A DNA stretch of 63,757 nt, the filler included, from Lama guanicoe (Eukaryota): NCBI GenBank assembly GCA_013239625.1. It is 188 parts of 188 records of this genome, joined end to end, with 100 filler letters (N's around TTAATTAATTAA, not from the genome) between each part and the next. Parts side by side here need not be neighbours in the genome. Positions count along the whole stretch, not along the records: positions 49,245 to 49,484 come from PNXV01046269.1; positions 49,585 to 49,824 come from PNXV01046270.1; positions 49,925 to 50,164 come from PNXV01046271.1; positions 50,265 to 50,504 come from PNXV01046272.1; positions 50,605 to 50,844 come from PNXV01046273.1; positions 50,945 to 51,184 come from PNXV01046274.1; positions 51,285 to 51,524 come from PNXV01046275.1; positions 51,625 to 51,864 come from PNXV01046276.1; 180 more parts are not named here. The stretch is one strand, 5' to 3'. Numbering within the stretch: position 1 is the first letter of the stretch; each line of letters begins with the position of its first letter. Shown here piece by piece: positions 49,401 to 62,397 of the stretch. The position numbers and the translations under genes are program-made. The notes below the pieces were generated by a model. It was given only the letters and a program-made list of their open reading frames with translations. It was not told the origin of the DNA and did not search any database.

Positions 49401-50944
49401 AGATCCAGAATTACATATTCTTGTAATAGAGGGTGAGTTGGCAGCAACACCTCTTGGGTCAAGAGTTGCAGAACAGTAATACCANNNNNNNNNNNNNNNN
49501 NNNNNNNNNNNNNNNNNNNNNNNNNNNNTTAATTAATTAANNNNNNNNNNNNNNNNNNNNNNNNNNNNNNNNNNNNNNNNNNNNGGTGCCAATTTAGGGT
49601 GAGAAGGTAAGGGGTTTGGTAGGGTTGAGGGTGGTGGTGGTAGAATGGGAAGACCACTCTCAAAGAAGCTCTCCTTCTGCCCTGCCCAAGGAGGAGGGAC
49701 TGTTGTTCTGAGTGGTCAAACTATATGACCCTGGTTGGGACACTTTTATAAGTGGCACAGGTGAAACTGTGTTTTGATTCTGCACAAAGGGATATGGTCC
49801 TCCTTTCTGTCCCTTGTGCCCAACNNNNNNNNNNNNNNNNNNNNNNNNNNNNNNNNNNNNNNNNNNNNTTAATTAATTAANNNNNNNNNNNNNNNNNNNN
49901 NNNNNNNNNNNNNNNNNNNNNNNNACTCTAATCCTTTTCTTCAGATGAGTCAGCAAGCACATCCATGAAGTGTGATGGGAACTCACTCAGAGACTGATGT
50001 AAAGTAGCCCCCACCAGCTGCTCTCTTCCTGCCCAGCCAGCACTGGGAAAGGGCTTTTCTGCCATGTGTGTGCTTCCCCGTGCTCACGTTACTTGAATGT
50101 TCTCACCTGTAAAACGTCACGTGACAGAAATTGACAAGTAGAAAGAATTTTCACTGCAGCCTGGNNNNNNNNNNNNNNNNNNNNNNNNNNNNNNNNNNNN
50201 NNNNNNNNTTAATTAATTAANNNNNNNNNNNNNNNNNNNNNNNNNNNNNNNNNNNNNNNNNNNNGGAGCCCTGCCCCTGCTCGTGGTTCGGGGCTGGGTG
50301 GCCAAAACCGGGCCCAACCCAGCTGTGTGGCCTCATTAGCAAAGAGCAGGTCTCTGGACCAAAGAGGGGATTACGAGTGACCTGCTGTGAGGTGGGCAAA
50401 ATGGAGGCCTGCAGTCAGAGCTGGGCGTGAGTCCCACTCTGCCAGGTGTCGCCGGGTGCCCTCGGGCAGGGGTGTGGCTGGTGCCTTGTAGAAACCGGAG
50501 GCCGNNNNNNNNNNNNNNNNNNNNNNNNNNNNNNNNNNNNNNNNNNNNTTAATTAATTAANNNNNNNNNNNNNNNNNNNNNNNNNNNNNNNNNNNNNNNN
50601 NNNNTCTGCACTCTGTCAGGAACGACCCCCTGCCCTCCGGGGTCGCTGCACCATGACAGTGGTGTCATTACCCAAGCCACTTCAGAGGCGAGCAGGTGAC
50701 TCTCTGGGTTCTTGGTTCCTGATGCTCGGTCTCTCGGCTTCTTCTCACCACGGGCACGGCCGCCAGAGACCCTCTGGGTCCTCGACATCAGGCCACCTCC
50801 ACCTTCTCCCACAAGGTCTTCAGGTTCAGGTTTCCCGATTCCAGNNNNNNNNNNNNNNNNNNNNNNNNNNNNNNNNNNNNNNNNNNNNTTAATTAATTAA
50901 NNNNNNNNNNNNNNNNNNNNNNNNNNNNNNNNNNNNNNNNNNNN

Positions 50945-51184
50945 ACCAGAAATTGACACAACAGTGTAAACTGACTATACTTCAATAAAAAAAAATACAC
51001 AAAAAAAGGCAAAAAAAAATGGGACCTAATTAAACTTACAAGCTTTTGTTCAGCAAAGGAAACCATAAGCAAAACAAAACAACCACCTATGAAATGGGAG
51101 AAAGTATCTACAAATGATGAGACTTATAAAGGCTTAATATCCAGAATATATAAACAGTGCATACAACTTACTAATAAAAAAAAA
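50945..51184 (+). mobile_element. L1 3' end and A tail (50945-51019) abutting an internal L1 ORF2 segment
   Basis: accagaaattgacacaacagtgtaaactgactatacttcaataaaa, then [46 protein letters not shown]. Confidence 0.88.
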
Positions 51185-51295
51185 NNNNNNNNNNNNNNNN
51201 NNNNNNNNNNNNNNNNNNNNNNNNNNNNTTAATTAATTAANNNNNNNNNNNNNNNNNNNNNNNNNNNNNNNNNNNNNNNNNNNNAAAAAAAAAAA

Positions 51296-51522
<227 letters not shown>

Positions 51523-52751
51523 TANNNNNNNNNNNNNNNNNNNNNNNNNNNNNNNNNNNNNNNNNNNNTTAATTAATTAANNNNNNNNNNNNNNNNNNNN
51601 NNNNNNNNNNNNNNNNNNNNNNNNAGAAGGACAGGACATGCCCATCAATCTAAAATTATATCTGACTACTCAAACATAGGGTAAACAGAAGGGAGCTGTG
51701 TCAAAGCGATTTAGGACTGGAATTTGATCTGTCAAGGACCCCTCTTCAGCTACTCTCGTTCTGTAACATGGTGGTACTACCATAAGGTTCTAAGGCTTTG
51801 GAAGACTCATTAGATACCTAAAAATCGCTATCAAGATTAAGTAACTAGACTCACCAAATTTTTTNNNNNNNNNNNNNNNNNNNNNNNNNNNNNNNNNNNN
51901 NNNNNNNNTTAATTAATTAANNNNNNNNNNNNNNNNNNNNNNNNNNNNNNNNNNNNNNNNNNNNTTTCATGAAATCCAGAGAAATTAATTTCTGTCCCTC
52001 GTGATTTATGATACGTGTACATGCATCCATGCTTAAAATACATTCTGATGTCAGAACACATAATGTTAGAGTTAAAAAGATTATAGATTATCTACAACAT
52101 TCATTAGATTACCTTAGCAGTAATTTGTATTAATTTCTTCTTATAACAATGAAACCTTTCCCCTGAGGAAACTGCAAAACATAGTCAGCGAAAATAATAC
52201 ATATNNNNNNNNNNNNNNNNNNNNNNNNNNNNNNNNNNNNNNNNNNNNTTAATTAATTAANNNNNNNNNNNNNNNNNNNNNNNNNNNNNNNNNNNNNNNN
52301 NNNNATCAGTCTCTTGTGCATTTCCTACTGTAGTTCCTGCTATTTTCACTCAAGGCTTGTTAATATCATTAATGAGTAGTAGTAGAAGGGAAAGTTCTTT
52401 GACTTTCTTCTCCAGTTTCTCACCAAGGCATGTATTACAACCCTAGTTTCAGCATTGGGGTTCTCACAAGAATTCCTCCACTCTAGTGGTGGACTAAATT
52501 GGTAGTTTGTTAAGATGGTAAGTCTGGAGAATTATTTTTGGAATNNNNNNNNNNNNNNNNNNNNNNNNNNNNNNNNNNNNNNNNNNNNTTAATTAATTAA
52601 NNNNNNNNNNNNNNNNNNNNNNNNNNNNNNNNNNNNNNNNNNNNAGGCAGAGAGAATAGCCAAGGCAAAGGTCTCGAGAGAGGACCTCACCTGGCACGAT
52701 CAACAGACAGCAATGTATTTTTTTAGCCTTAGCCCATTTGGCAGTGGTCTT

Positions 52752-52884
52752 TATGGTTGCTATCCACCCCTCCCCAAAATTCATATGCTAAAATCCTAAC
52801 CCTCAAGGTGTTTAGGAGGTTGAGTCTTTGGGATGTGATTAGGCCATGGGGGTAAAACCTTCATTAATGGGATTAAGACTCTTA
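52752..52884 (+). mobile_element. MaLR LTR (MLT1A/B-like) 5' part
   Basis: ccccaaaattcatatgctaaaatcctaaccctcaaggtg...taggaggt...ctttgggatgtgattaggccatg...aatgggatta. Confidence 0.8.
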
Positions 52885-53324
52885 NNNNNNNNNNNNNNNN
52901 NNNNNNNNNNNNNNNNNNNNNNNNNNNNTTAATTAATTAANNNNNNNNNNNNNNNNNNNNNNNNNNNNNNNNNNNNNNNNNNNNAAATCAAAGCACCACA
53001 AAATATTTTAGTTGGTTTCATAGTCAGCATATCAAATTAACCAGTATTACATGAACTAACTAACGGGGTTGGGGGAGGCACCAGGAAATACTTCAGCAGC
53101 CCAAAATCGCCTCAGGGTCCTAAAAGGGCACGCGATACGAGCCTCACGCACCGGTACCCCAACCTGCACACCTACACCAGCACCCACTTATCTGCACAGG
53201 GGTGAAGAAGGCAACGAGGGCTACNNNNNNNNNNNNNNNNNNNNNNNNNNNNNNNNNNNNNNNNNNNNTTAATTAATTAANNNNNNNNNNNNNNNNNNNN
53301 NNNNNNNNNNNNNNNNNNNNNNNN

Positions 53325-53564
53325 GACTCTCCTCAGTCGCAGCAGCCCCGAGTCTTCGCGGCGTCCAGGCGCCCGCGTGGTACTTCCCACCGTGGTGGCA
53401 GCAGCCGCCGCGCTCCCCGCCCCGCTGTCTGGGGCAAGTCCCCGGGTCCCCGCACCGCCCACGGGCTGCTCGGGGCTCGCACGCGTCTGCGTGTCAGCAG
53501 AGCGACGGCAGGACAGGCCGTGGCAGCCGGCGGACTGGCCCCAGAGCCCACACGCTTCTCCGTT
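53325..53564. promoter_or_regulatory. CpG-island fragment, gene unknown
   Basis: GC-rich, dense CpG, GC box ccccgcccc. Confidence 0.55.
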
Positions 53565-55704
53565 NNNNNNNNNNNNNNNNNNNNNNNNNNNNNNNNNNNN
53601 NNNNNNNNTTAATTAATTAANNNNNNNNNNNNNNNNNNNNNNNNNNNNNNNNNNNNNNNNNNNNAAAATAAGTACTGTTACCATTATTTAACCGATTTTA
53701 CAGAAAAGGAAACGAAGGCACTGATGGTTTAAATAACATAGCGTTGCTCAACTAAGAAAAAGCCAAGTCAGGACATGAACCCTGGAAACGTGACTCCAGA
53801 CCTGTGCTCTTATCCACTGGAATCCAGATTCACGAGCCTGTTTCTGGTTAAAAATAAGCAGCTACAAAAACCACAAAACCACCACCACTGCCACTGAATC
53901 CACTNNNNNNNNNNNNNNNNNNNNNNNNNNNNNNNNNNNNNNNNNNNNTTAATTAATTAANNNNNNNNNNNNNNNNNNNNNNNNNNNNNNNNNNNNNNNN
54001 NNNNATGGGTAAAACATCAGCTTGAGATCAGCGCACTGTTTTGCTGCTACCACACCTAGTGCTGGGGCAGAGGCAGCATTAACCCATCACGTCCCACCTC
54101 TGCCTCCACAGGCACCCCTCCATTCCTCTAGTCAGCCCGCAGTCCTGGTTCTGTGGTATCCAAATGAAACATTTTCCACACCACCCGGCCTCACAGACCT
54201 CTTCTCACCCAATGCAGAAGTCAGCATCTCCCAGTTTGTAGAGANNNNNNNNNNNNNNNNNNNNNNNNNNNNNNNNNNNNNNNNNNNNTTAATTAATTAA
54301 NNNNNNNNNNNNNNNNNNNNNNNNNNNNNNNNNNNNNNNNNNNNCAAGGGGAAAACGGTCGCTTTTATTCTAATCCACCCACCGAGGCTGCTGCAGACAT
54401 CCTCAGCCCACCTAGAGTGCTAACCTGGCTTGGTTTCTCTGGGGATTCCTGTTTTGTCTCGATTTGTGTGCGGCTTTTCCTAAAATCAGCAAAAATGGTA
54501 GAGTCCGGGTAATAGTATCTGGAGTAGCCAAGATGGGAAGACACGAGAATTGAAACGTTGCAATATCTGACTCTATCGAGTGCGNNNNNNNNNNNNNNNN
54601 NNNNNNNNNNNNNNNNNNNNNNNNNNNNTTAATTAATTAANNNNNNNNNNNNNNNNNNNNNNNNNNNNNNNNNNNNNNNNNNNNCCCACTCACCTTCATG
54701 AGCTAACGCGCCCTCTCCAGAGCAGCCCACACACGCTCGTCCCAAGAGATTTGTCTTTCTGTTGCTTCCACCCAGAGTGTCTGCTTCTGCCTCTCAGGGT
54801 CAGTACGGCCACTTTGACCCCTCCCCCAGTGACGGTGGGTCTCTCAGGCTCCCCGTGGTCTGTCCCTTCTGTTGCCTCTTCTCCAGGTGAAGCAGCCTGG
54901 CTTCCTTCCTATGATGTTGACACTNNNNNNNNNNNNNNNNNNNNNNNNNNNNNNNNNNNNNNNNNNNNTTAATTAATTAANNNNNNNNNNNNNNNNNNNN
55001 NNNNNNNNNNNNNNNNNNNNNNNNTGATTTCTCACCTTTTATCTGATAACTTCTGTTTCTGCTTTGAAACATAGCTTGTGCCATCTTTCCTTAACCAAGT
55101 ACGTTTTCGATACATCAACTGCTCATTTATTTCTTATTCTACAGTTATGTTTCTCTTAGATAGTACATTGTTCAAATTCCTTTTTTCTTAGTTTTTAATG
55201 TTTCTAAACACCTTCATTGTGGTATAATTCCTGTACAGTACTTGACTAGTTTAAGTGTCTCCAGNNNNNNNNNNNNNNNNNNNNNNNNNNNNNNNNNNNN
55301 NNNNNNNNTTAATTAATTAANNNNNNNNNNNNNNNNNNNNNNNNNNNNNNNNNNNNNNNNNNNNAAAACAGAGCACTAACCAAGAATAAAGCAGGAAGAG
55401 TAACTGTTCAGTAGAATGCTAGCTAAGCTGAATAAATGAACAAGCGAATCAGTCAGTCAAACCAAGTCAAAATTGGACGGTCAGTAGGCAGTTCCTGGCT
55501 AGGTGCCCAGAACATACAAAAAACAAAGTATTTTTCCTGTCTTCAAAATTGATGATTCAGTCAGAGAAAATAAGCAAAAGAACACATCAAATGTTTAAAG
55601 ATAANNNNNNNNNNNNNNNNNNNNNNNNNNNNNNNNNNNNNNNNNNNNTTAATTAATTAANNNNNNNNNNNNNNNNNNNNNNNNNNNNNNNNNNNNNNNN
55701 NNNN

Positions 55705-55740
<36 letters not shown>
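55705..55740. repeat. (CA)18 microsatellite at contig start
   Basis: Directly visible. Confidence 0.95.
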
Positions 55741-55744
<4 letters not shown>

Positions 55745-57512
55745 TACACACACCCAGCCTCCCTTCAATACACACTGTACAAACACCCTCATTACTGGAC
55801 ACACACATGTGCATATTCAGCTGTGACTGTTTTACTCTTTTCTAGTTTGTGAAGAAGTATGGGAATGTCCTTAGGCTGGAATTTGGTGATTTGTCTTCGG
55901 TTGTTATAACTGGATTGCCCTTAATCAAAGAAGCCCTTGNNNNNNNNNNNNNNNNNNNNNNNNNNNNNNNNNNNNNNNNNNNNTTAATTAATTAANNNNN
56001 NNNNNNNNNNNNNNNNNNNNNNNNNNNNNNNNNNNNNNNTACACATAAAGTCTGGACTGAATACATGTACACTGTTAAGCACAGTCACCGATACACAGTA
56101 ATGTGCACCGTTTCTGAGGAGGATGAAGTGAGAAGATGTATTTGAAGATAAAATGAAAAACAAATGAAGGAAAAGGCACCATGAGGGATAGAAGATTAGT
56201 ATATAATGACAAAGGTAGAATTCCCTAGAGCGTTGTAAATACTCTAAATATGTCTGCACCTAATAGCCTAATATTTGAANNNNNNNNNNNNNNNNNNNNN
56301 NNNNNNNNNNNNNNNNNNNNNNNTTAATTAATTAANNNNNNNNNNNNNNNNNNNNNNNNNNNNNNNNNNNNNNNNNNNNTGTTTGACACAAAAGTCAAAA
56401 GCCCTTTTTAAAGTACTAGTTAAGCTTGGCTTAGAAAATATGGTGTTTTTCTTTTTTTAGGCAGGAGTAAGGTATGAATGAAAACCCTGAACCAGAGGAA
56501 GGCAAGGCAAATAAAGGAACAGAAAAAACATTAGTGCAGTTCACCCTGGGCTGAGAATGCAAGGAAGGATCTTCAGTCTGGCATATCTCATTTGAAATTC
56601 TGGTTTCCTGCTTTCAGGGNNNNNNNNNNNNNNNNNNNNNNNNNNNNNNNNNNNNNNNNNNNNTTAATTAATTAANNNNNNNNNNNNNNNNNNNNNNNNN
56701 NNNNNNNNNNNNNNNNNNNTTTGCCAGTCATTGTCCCCACAAGTCCCAGGGGTCCCTGCACACAGGCTTTCCGTGGTATCACGAGAGAAATTCTCAGCCT
56801 CATCCAGCTCTTGCCCGCCTTCTACTGCTATTTCTGGGATTCTTCTCTGCATGTTTCCCTCACCTTTTTTGTAGAACAAAGATTCTGGAATTAGTGAAAA
56901 TGAGGGACCGAGTAGTTTCGCATCCTCATTTAATTCTTACAGGATTTCTGTCTTCTCTGNNNNNNNNNNNNNNNNNNNNNNNNNNNNNNNNNNNNNNNNN
57001 NNNTTAATTAATTAANNNNNNNNNNNNNNNNNNNNNNNNNNNNNNNNNNNNNNNNNNNNTCCAAAAGGCTACATCTTTATTGTAATATTTTGTTTCTTAG
57101 AAGTGGATGGTATATTATTATTTATACTTTTATATGCATGTTGAATATTTTTAAGTGAATTCTAAAAGGAAAATAAAGACCCTGGGATTTGGAGTAAGAA
57201 CCTTCCTGTCTCTGTTAATGTCTATGAGATCCTAGACAAGCTACCTTTTCAGCTTCAGATTCCTTATGCACCAAATGGGAATAAATAATTGTTTCAAGAN
57301 NNNNNNNNNNNNNNNNNNNNNNNNNNNNNNNNNNNNNNNNNNNTTAATTAATTAANNNNNNNNNNNNNNNNNNNNNNNNNNNNNNNNNNNNNNNNNNNNG
57401 CTGACAAGCCTTTCTCTTTTATTTCTAATGGAATTCTGTTTAGGCTCCCTCCATCCCAATTCTAAATTTGAGGCCATAATCTATTCTCCTTTCTTGAGGT
57501 CTCCTAAATACT

Positions 57513-57514
<2 letters not shown>

Positions 57515-57545
<31 letters not shown>
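57515..57545. repeat. (GT)15 microsatellite with unique flanks
   Basis: Directly visible. Confidence 0.95.
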
Positions 57546-57551
<6 letters not shown>

Positions 57552-57737
57552 ACAGTTTTTCAGCACATTTGGCATTACTTTAGTTAATGCTGAATGATTT
57601 GTATATTCATCAAAATCTTACAAAGAAATGTGCCTTTNNNNNNNNNNNNNNNNNNNNNNNNNNNNNNNNNNNNNNNNNNNNTTAATTAATTAANNNNNNN
57701 NNNNNNNNNNNNNNNNNNNNNNNNNNNNNNNNNNNNN

Positions 57738-57977
57738 CAGCAATCCCACTTCTGGGCATATATCCAGAGGAAACTCTAATTTGAAAGGATACATGCACCC
57801 CAATGTTCACAGCGACACTGTTTATAATAACCAAGACACAGAAGCACCCTAAATGTCCACTGACAGATGACTGGATAAAGAAATTGTGGTATATGTAGAC
57901 TCAGCCATAAAAAAGAATGAAATAACAGCATTTGCAGCAACATGGATGGACCTAGAGATTATCATACTGAGTGAAGT
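57738..57977 (+). mobile_element. LINE-1 ORF2 C-terminus fragment
   Basis: cagcaatcccacttctgggcatatatccagag...gatacatgcaccccaatgttca...tcagccataaaaaagaatgaaata...gcagcaacatggatggacctagagattatcatactgagtgaagt. Confidence 0.95.
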
Positions 57978-58814
57978 NNNNNNNNNNNNNNNNNNNNNNN
58001 NNNNNNNNNNNNNNNNNNNNNTTAATTAATTAANNNNNNNNNNNNNNNNNNNNNNNNNNNNNNNNNNNNNNNNNNNNATCCTGATATGCCAGGTAAGTAA
58101 TCTATGGATGGTTAGATGTTGCAGCTATGAGATTCACACATCGGGTGAGTAAAGTCTCTTTGCAGTGTGAGGGCATAGTTCTAAGCAAGTCCACCAGCAT
58201 CTCAGAAGAGCTGGAAGACCAGTAGGAATGACAGTATAAAGCAGGAAAACAAATTAGGGGCTGAGGTCTGGGGCTGGTGGGAGGAGAGTTTGGTATGAAT
58301 GACAACATAATGGGAGGNNNNNNNNNNNNNNNNNNNNNNNNNNNNNNNNNNNNNNNNNNNNTTAATTAATTAANNNNNNNNNNNNNNNNNNNNNNNNNNN
58401 NNNNNNNNNNNNNNNNNTCTGGCCGGATTGTCTATGGATGCACCTTACTGATGGGTGAGCAGTGGGTTGGCTGTTTGTTGGCATCTGAATTTGGGAGGAT
58501 GGAGTGGGACTGTGTATTTTGGCAATTAGGGAGACTTAGAAATATGATGGCCTTTCTTGATGAGGGCAGTTTGCGGAGGGGTGTGACTCAAGGCCTGACA
58601 CACTAGCCTCTGGACTTGACCCTGTTCTCCTCCAACTGGACCCTGCAGTTCTCCTGCNNNNNNNNNNNNNNNNNNNNNNNNNNNNNNNNNNNNNNNNNNN
58701 NTTAATTAATTAANNNNNNNNNNNNNNNNNNNNNNNNNNNNNNNNNNNNNNNNNNNNGTATTACATAATAGTAGACTATAGGCAAGCAGGAAAACATTCA
58801 AATAAGGTGATCAA

Positions 58815-58997
58815 GTGAGGAAAAAATGAAGGATAAAACCACATGATCTGTTTAATAGATGCAGAAAAAGCATTTGACAAAATTTTATACTTAGTCATGA
58901 TAAAAACTCTGAAAATATAAATAAAACATATCTTAACATAATAAAGGCAATTTATGACAAACCCACAGATAACATGATACTCAGTGATGAAAAACTG
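58815..58997 (+). mobile_element. LINE-1 reverse transcriptase fragment
   Basis: aaccacatgatc...atagatgcagaaaaagcatttgacaaaat encodes NHMI..IDAEKAFDKI; also ataaaggcaatttatgacaaacccacag. Confidence 0.92.
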
Positions 58998-59564
58998 NNN
59001 NNNNNNNNNNNNNNNNNNNNNNNNNNNNNNNNNNNNNNNNNTTAATTAATTAANNNNNNNNNNNNNNNNNNNNNNNNNNNNNNNNNNNNNNNNNNNNCCC
59101 CTCAAGATTGCAGGCCCTTTGCAAGCTTGCTTCTAGAGGAGACCAATAGACACCTTCCTTTCTTGCATAAAAACCACGCCCTGTCACAACCTACCCCTGA
59201 TCTTCCAGAAGAAATCGACATTTGAATCTCTATTAGTTCGAAGCGGGGTCCCTGAATCAGCCATATCTGAGTCACCTGAAAACTCCTTGGAACTGCAGGA
59301 ACTTGGGACTTGTCCCAACACTACTGAATCAAGCTACNNNNNNNNNNNNNNNNNNNNNNNNNNNNNNNNNNNNNNNNNNNNTTAATTAATTAANNNNNNN
59401 NNNNNNNNNNNNNNNNNNNNNNNNNNNNNNNNNNNNNCTAATGAGGAGGACATGGTTGTGGAAACAGTTTAGGTTTTTTAGGGTACGGATCCCAGAGTCA
59501 TGAAGAGCCCCTTTGGAAGGCCATTGGTTGCCAGCAGATCACTAAGAACTAGACTGTCCCAGTT

Positions 59565-59677
59565 AGTGGGACAGACTCCAGATTCAAAATGCCTCAGTTC
59601 AAATCCTGACTCCTACTTATTAGCTGTATGACAATAAGCAAGTTAATTAATTTCTCTGTGTCTCGTTTGCCTTATCC
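59565..59677 (+). mobile_element. MIR SINE fragment
   Basis: cagactccagat...gttcaaatcctgactcctacttattagctgtatgac...gcaagttaattaatttctctgtgtctcgttt. Confidence 0.7.
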
Positions 59678-59777
59678 NNNNNNNNNNNNNNNNNNNNNNN
59701 NNNNNNNNNNNNNNNNNNNNNTTAATTAATTAANNNNNNNNNNNNNNNNNNNNNNNNNNNNNNNNNNNNNNNNNNNN

Positions 59778-59898
59778 GGGTATAGCTCAGTGGTAGAGCG
59801 CATGCCTAGCAAGCACAAGGTCCTGGGTTCAATCCCCAGTGCCTCCATTGAAAATAAGTAAATAAATAAAACCCCAATTACCTACCCCCCCAAAAAAA
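59778..59898 (+). mobile_element. tRNA-derived SINE, camelid Vic-1-like
   Basis: gggtatagctcagtggtagagcgcatgcctagc...ggtcctgggttcaatccccagtgcctcca has Pol III box A (59783-59793) and box B (59826-59835), then an A-rich linker, a C-rich motif and an A tail. Confidence 0.85.
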
Positions 59899-60457
59899 TG
59901 CTTCCTTAAACTATCATTGATTGAAAATATAATTAGTAAATTTTTCAGTTTTTACCAGATTATATAAATGCATAGATAAAAATGTTCCAGACCCACAGAA
60001 ACACACACAGAATAAACNNNNNNNNNNNNNNNNNNNNNNNNNNNNNNNNNNNNNNNNNNNNTTAATTAATTAANNNNNNNNNNNNNNNNNNNNNNNNNNN
60101 NNNNNNNNNNNNNNNNNGAGGTTGATTCTGAAAGAGAAAGAGCACGTGTGAGAGCCAGCATTTCCCCCAAGCGGAGATGCTCATTCTCTGCGCCCCAGAG
60201 ACACCTGCCGTTAAAAGGCTTAACTAGACATTTGTCAGAAGATGAAGAGGTGCAGACTGGAGGGAAGGAGTGCAGTGCAACGAACAGGCCAGCAGGCAGT
60301 CAGGGCCGCTGACTTGCCAAAGACCAAATTACTTTAAAAATTTTTTTTATTTACTTTNNNNNNNNNNNNNNNNNNNNNNNNNNNNNNNNNNNNNNNNNNN
60401 NTTAATTAATTAANNNNNNNNNNNNNNNNNNNNNNNNNNNNNNNNNNNNNNNNNNNN

Positions 60458-60697
60458 AGTAAATTTTTAAAGGCAGTCAAAAAATGTTATGATAATCTAC
60501 AAAGGAGCCCCCATCAGGCTTTAAGCAGAATTCTCAGCAGAAAACAAAGGCCAAGGCTAAATTAAATGGCATTATCAAACTACTGAAATAAGAAATCTCT
60601 CACCCAAGAATATTCTACCTTGCACACTTTTCACTTAGATATAAAGTAAAAATAAAGACTTTACCAGAAAAAACAAGACCTGAATGAGATGAAAAAA
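60458..60697 (+). mobile_element. Degraded LINE-1 ORF1 fragment
   Basis: tacaaaggagcccccatcaggct (YKGAPIRL), ttctcagcagaaa, ccaagaatattctacc (PRI.YP-like), aaataaagacttt. Confidence 0.8.
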
Positions 60698-62232
60698 NNN
60701 NNNNNNNNNNNNNNNNNNNNNNNNNNNNNNNNNNNNNNNNNTTAATTAATTAANNNNNNNNNNNNNNNNNNNNNNNNNNNNNNNNNNNNNNNNNNNNAAA
60801 GGCATGGATCCGACACATGCCCAGGAAGACCTCCAGGGCTGACGTGTGGCCAGAAGCACTGCTGGCACCTGTCCCAGGGACGCCCTGCCCACTGCTCCTT
60901 GGAGCAATGTCTGGAGGTCGGAACTGTGTGCTAGCTGTCCATGTAGATTGCAAAGGCCAGTTGCTTGGAACCTGGAAAGTCTGTGTGGCTCACAGAGCTT
61001 TTCAAAACGTAGTGAGCTCCTGTGTTACACGAGGAGCNNNNNNNNNNNNNNNNNNNNNNNNNNNNNNNNNNNNNNNNNNNNTTAATTAATTAANNNNNNN
61101 NNNNNNNNNNNNNNNNNNNNNNNNNNNNNNNNNNNNNTGGTAATGACCAAACTTAAATTCTTCTCTTTCCCCACATGGCCTTTGGAAGCAGGAGCCCTTT
61201 GGCCTGTTCTCGGGCAATTTGGGATGGAGATGGGGTCTGGCATTACCTGAGAGATTAAGGAACTTCTGCTATTAAAGCCAGTGGTGTCCTTGAGCCATTG
61301 GTTGGGTAAATAAAAAATGTGATTTAGTTTGTATCATTTCCAAGAGAGTGACATAGATTGGATGAGTTGGGTAAAGTNNNNNNNNNNNNNNNNNNNNNNN
61401 NNNNNNNNNNNNNNNNNNNNNTTAATTAATTAANNNNNNNNNNNNNNNNNNNNNNNNNNNNNNNNNNNNNNNNNNNNAACCTTCATTAAATAAATAGAGC
61501 AAATTAAAATTTATAATATAACTCTACATGGATCTAAAATGGTCTCATCAAAAACCTATTAGTTGACAGAGGGAAGTGTCTCAGTGGGTTATGGTAAGAA
61601 ATGTATTCAGCATCCAGAAAATATGATCTGTTTAGTTTACTAAACTACTGTCTGCAGTTGATTTTACTAATGTTGTATTACACTTCCATTATAACATTAT
61701 AGCAGGGAGGTAAAGATNNNNNNNNNNNNNNNNNNNNNNNNNNNNNNNNNNNNNNNNNNNNTTAATTAATTAANNNNNNNNNNNNNNNNNNNNNNNNNNN
61801 NNNNNNNNNNNNNNNNNATTTTCTCACAGAAACAAACATCGGAAGGCCTCATTTTTGTTCATGAGTTATGGTGGCTCTCAGTGAAATGGCATTTGTGTTC
61901 CAGTTTTCTTCATTTACTATTAAAGTTTGTCATGGTCCTGCTTCAAGTGACCTTGGGGCTTCTAGTAACTATATTTGTTGCTAGTTTCCTTTCAACGGCA
62001 GCAGTGATTTTTGTTTTTTCACCCAAAAATAAACAAAAGAAAAAATTATGTACACAGNNNNNNNNNNNNNNNNNNNNNNNNNNNNNNNNNNNNNNNNNNN
62101 NTTAATTAATTAANNNNNNNNNNNNNNNNNNNNNNNNNNNNNNNNNNNNNNNNNNNNACCTTATGACTGCACCTAGCTGCAAAGGGGACTGGAAAATGTA
62201 GTCCTGGCTGGACAACAACTTCTCAGTGATAA

Positions 62233-62397
62233 ATCAGCACTATTAAGACATTTTTGGCTAAATAATTCTTTGGGGTGGAGGGAAGCTTCCTTGGGGCATT
62301 GTAGGATGTTTAGCACCATCCCTGGTCTCTACCCACTAGGTGCCAGCAGCACACTCCAGTGGTGACAACCAAAATATCTGAGGACATTGTCAAATGT
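62233..62397. mobile_element. MER20 (hAT-Charlie) DNA transposon fragment
   Basis: gcactatt.gacattt...ataattcttt...gcattgtaggatgtttagcaccatccctggtctctacccactag.tgccag...gtgacaaccaaaatatct...gacattgtcaaatgt. Confidence 0.85.

Noticed and set aside
50605..50844. Minus-strand frame open across the whole contig
   Set aside because: GC-rich with no recognisable motif; chance opening is plausible.
56720..56959. Acidic minus-strand ORF (MQRRIPEIAVEGGQELDEAENF...)
   Set aside because: Upstream in-frame stop, no clear splice acceptor and no recognised family.
59778..59848. tRNA gene
   Set aside because: It is followed by a SINE body and A tail rather than an oligo-T terminator, and stem pairing is imperfect. 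Better explained as a SINE.
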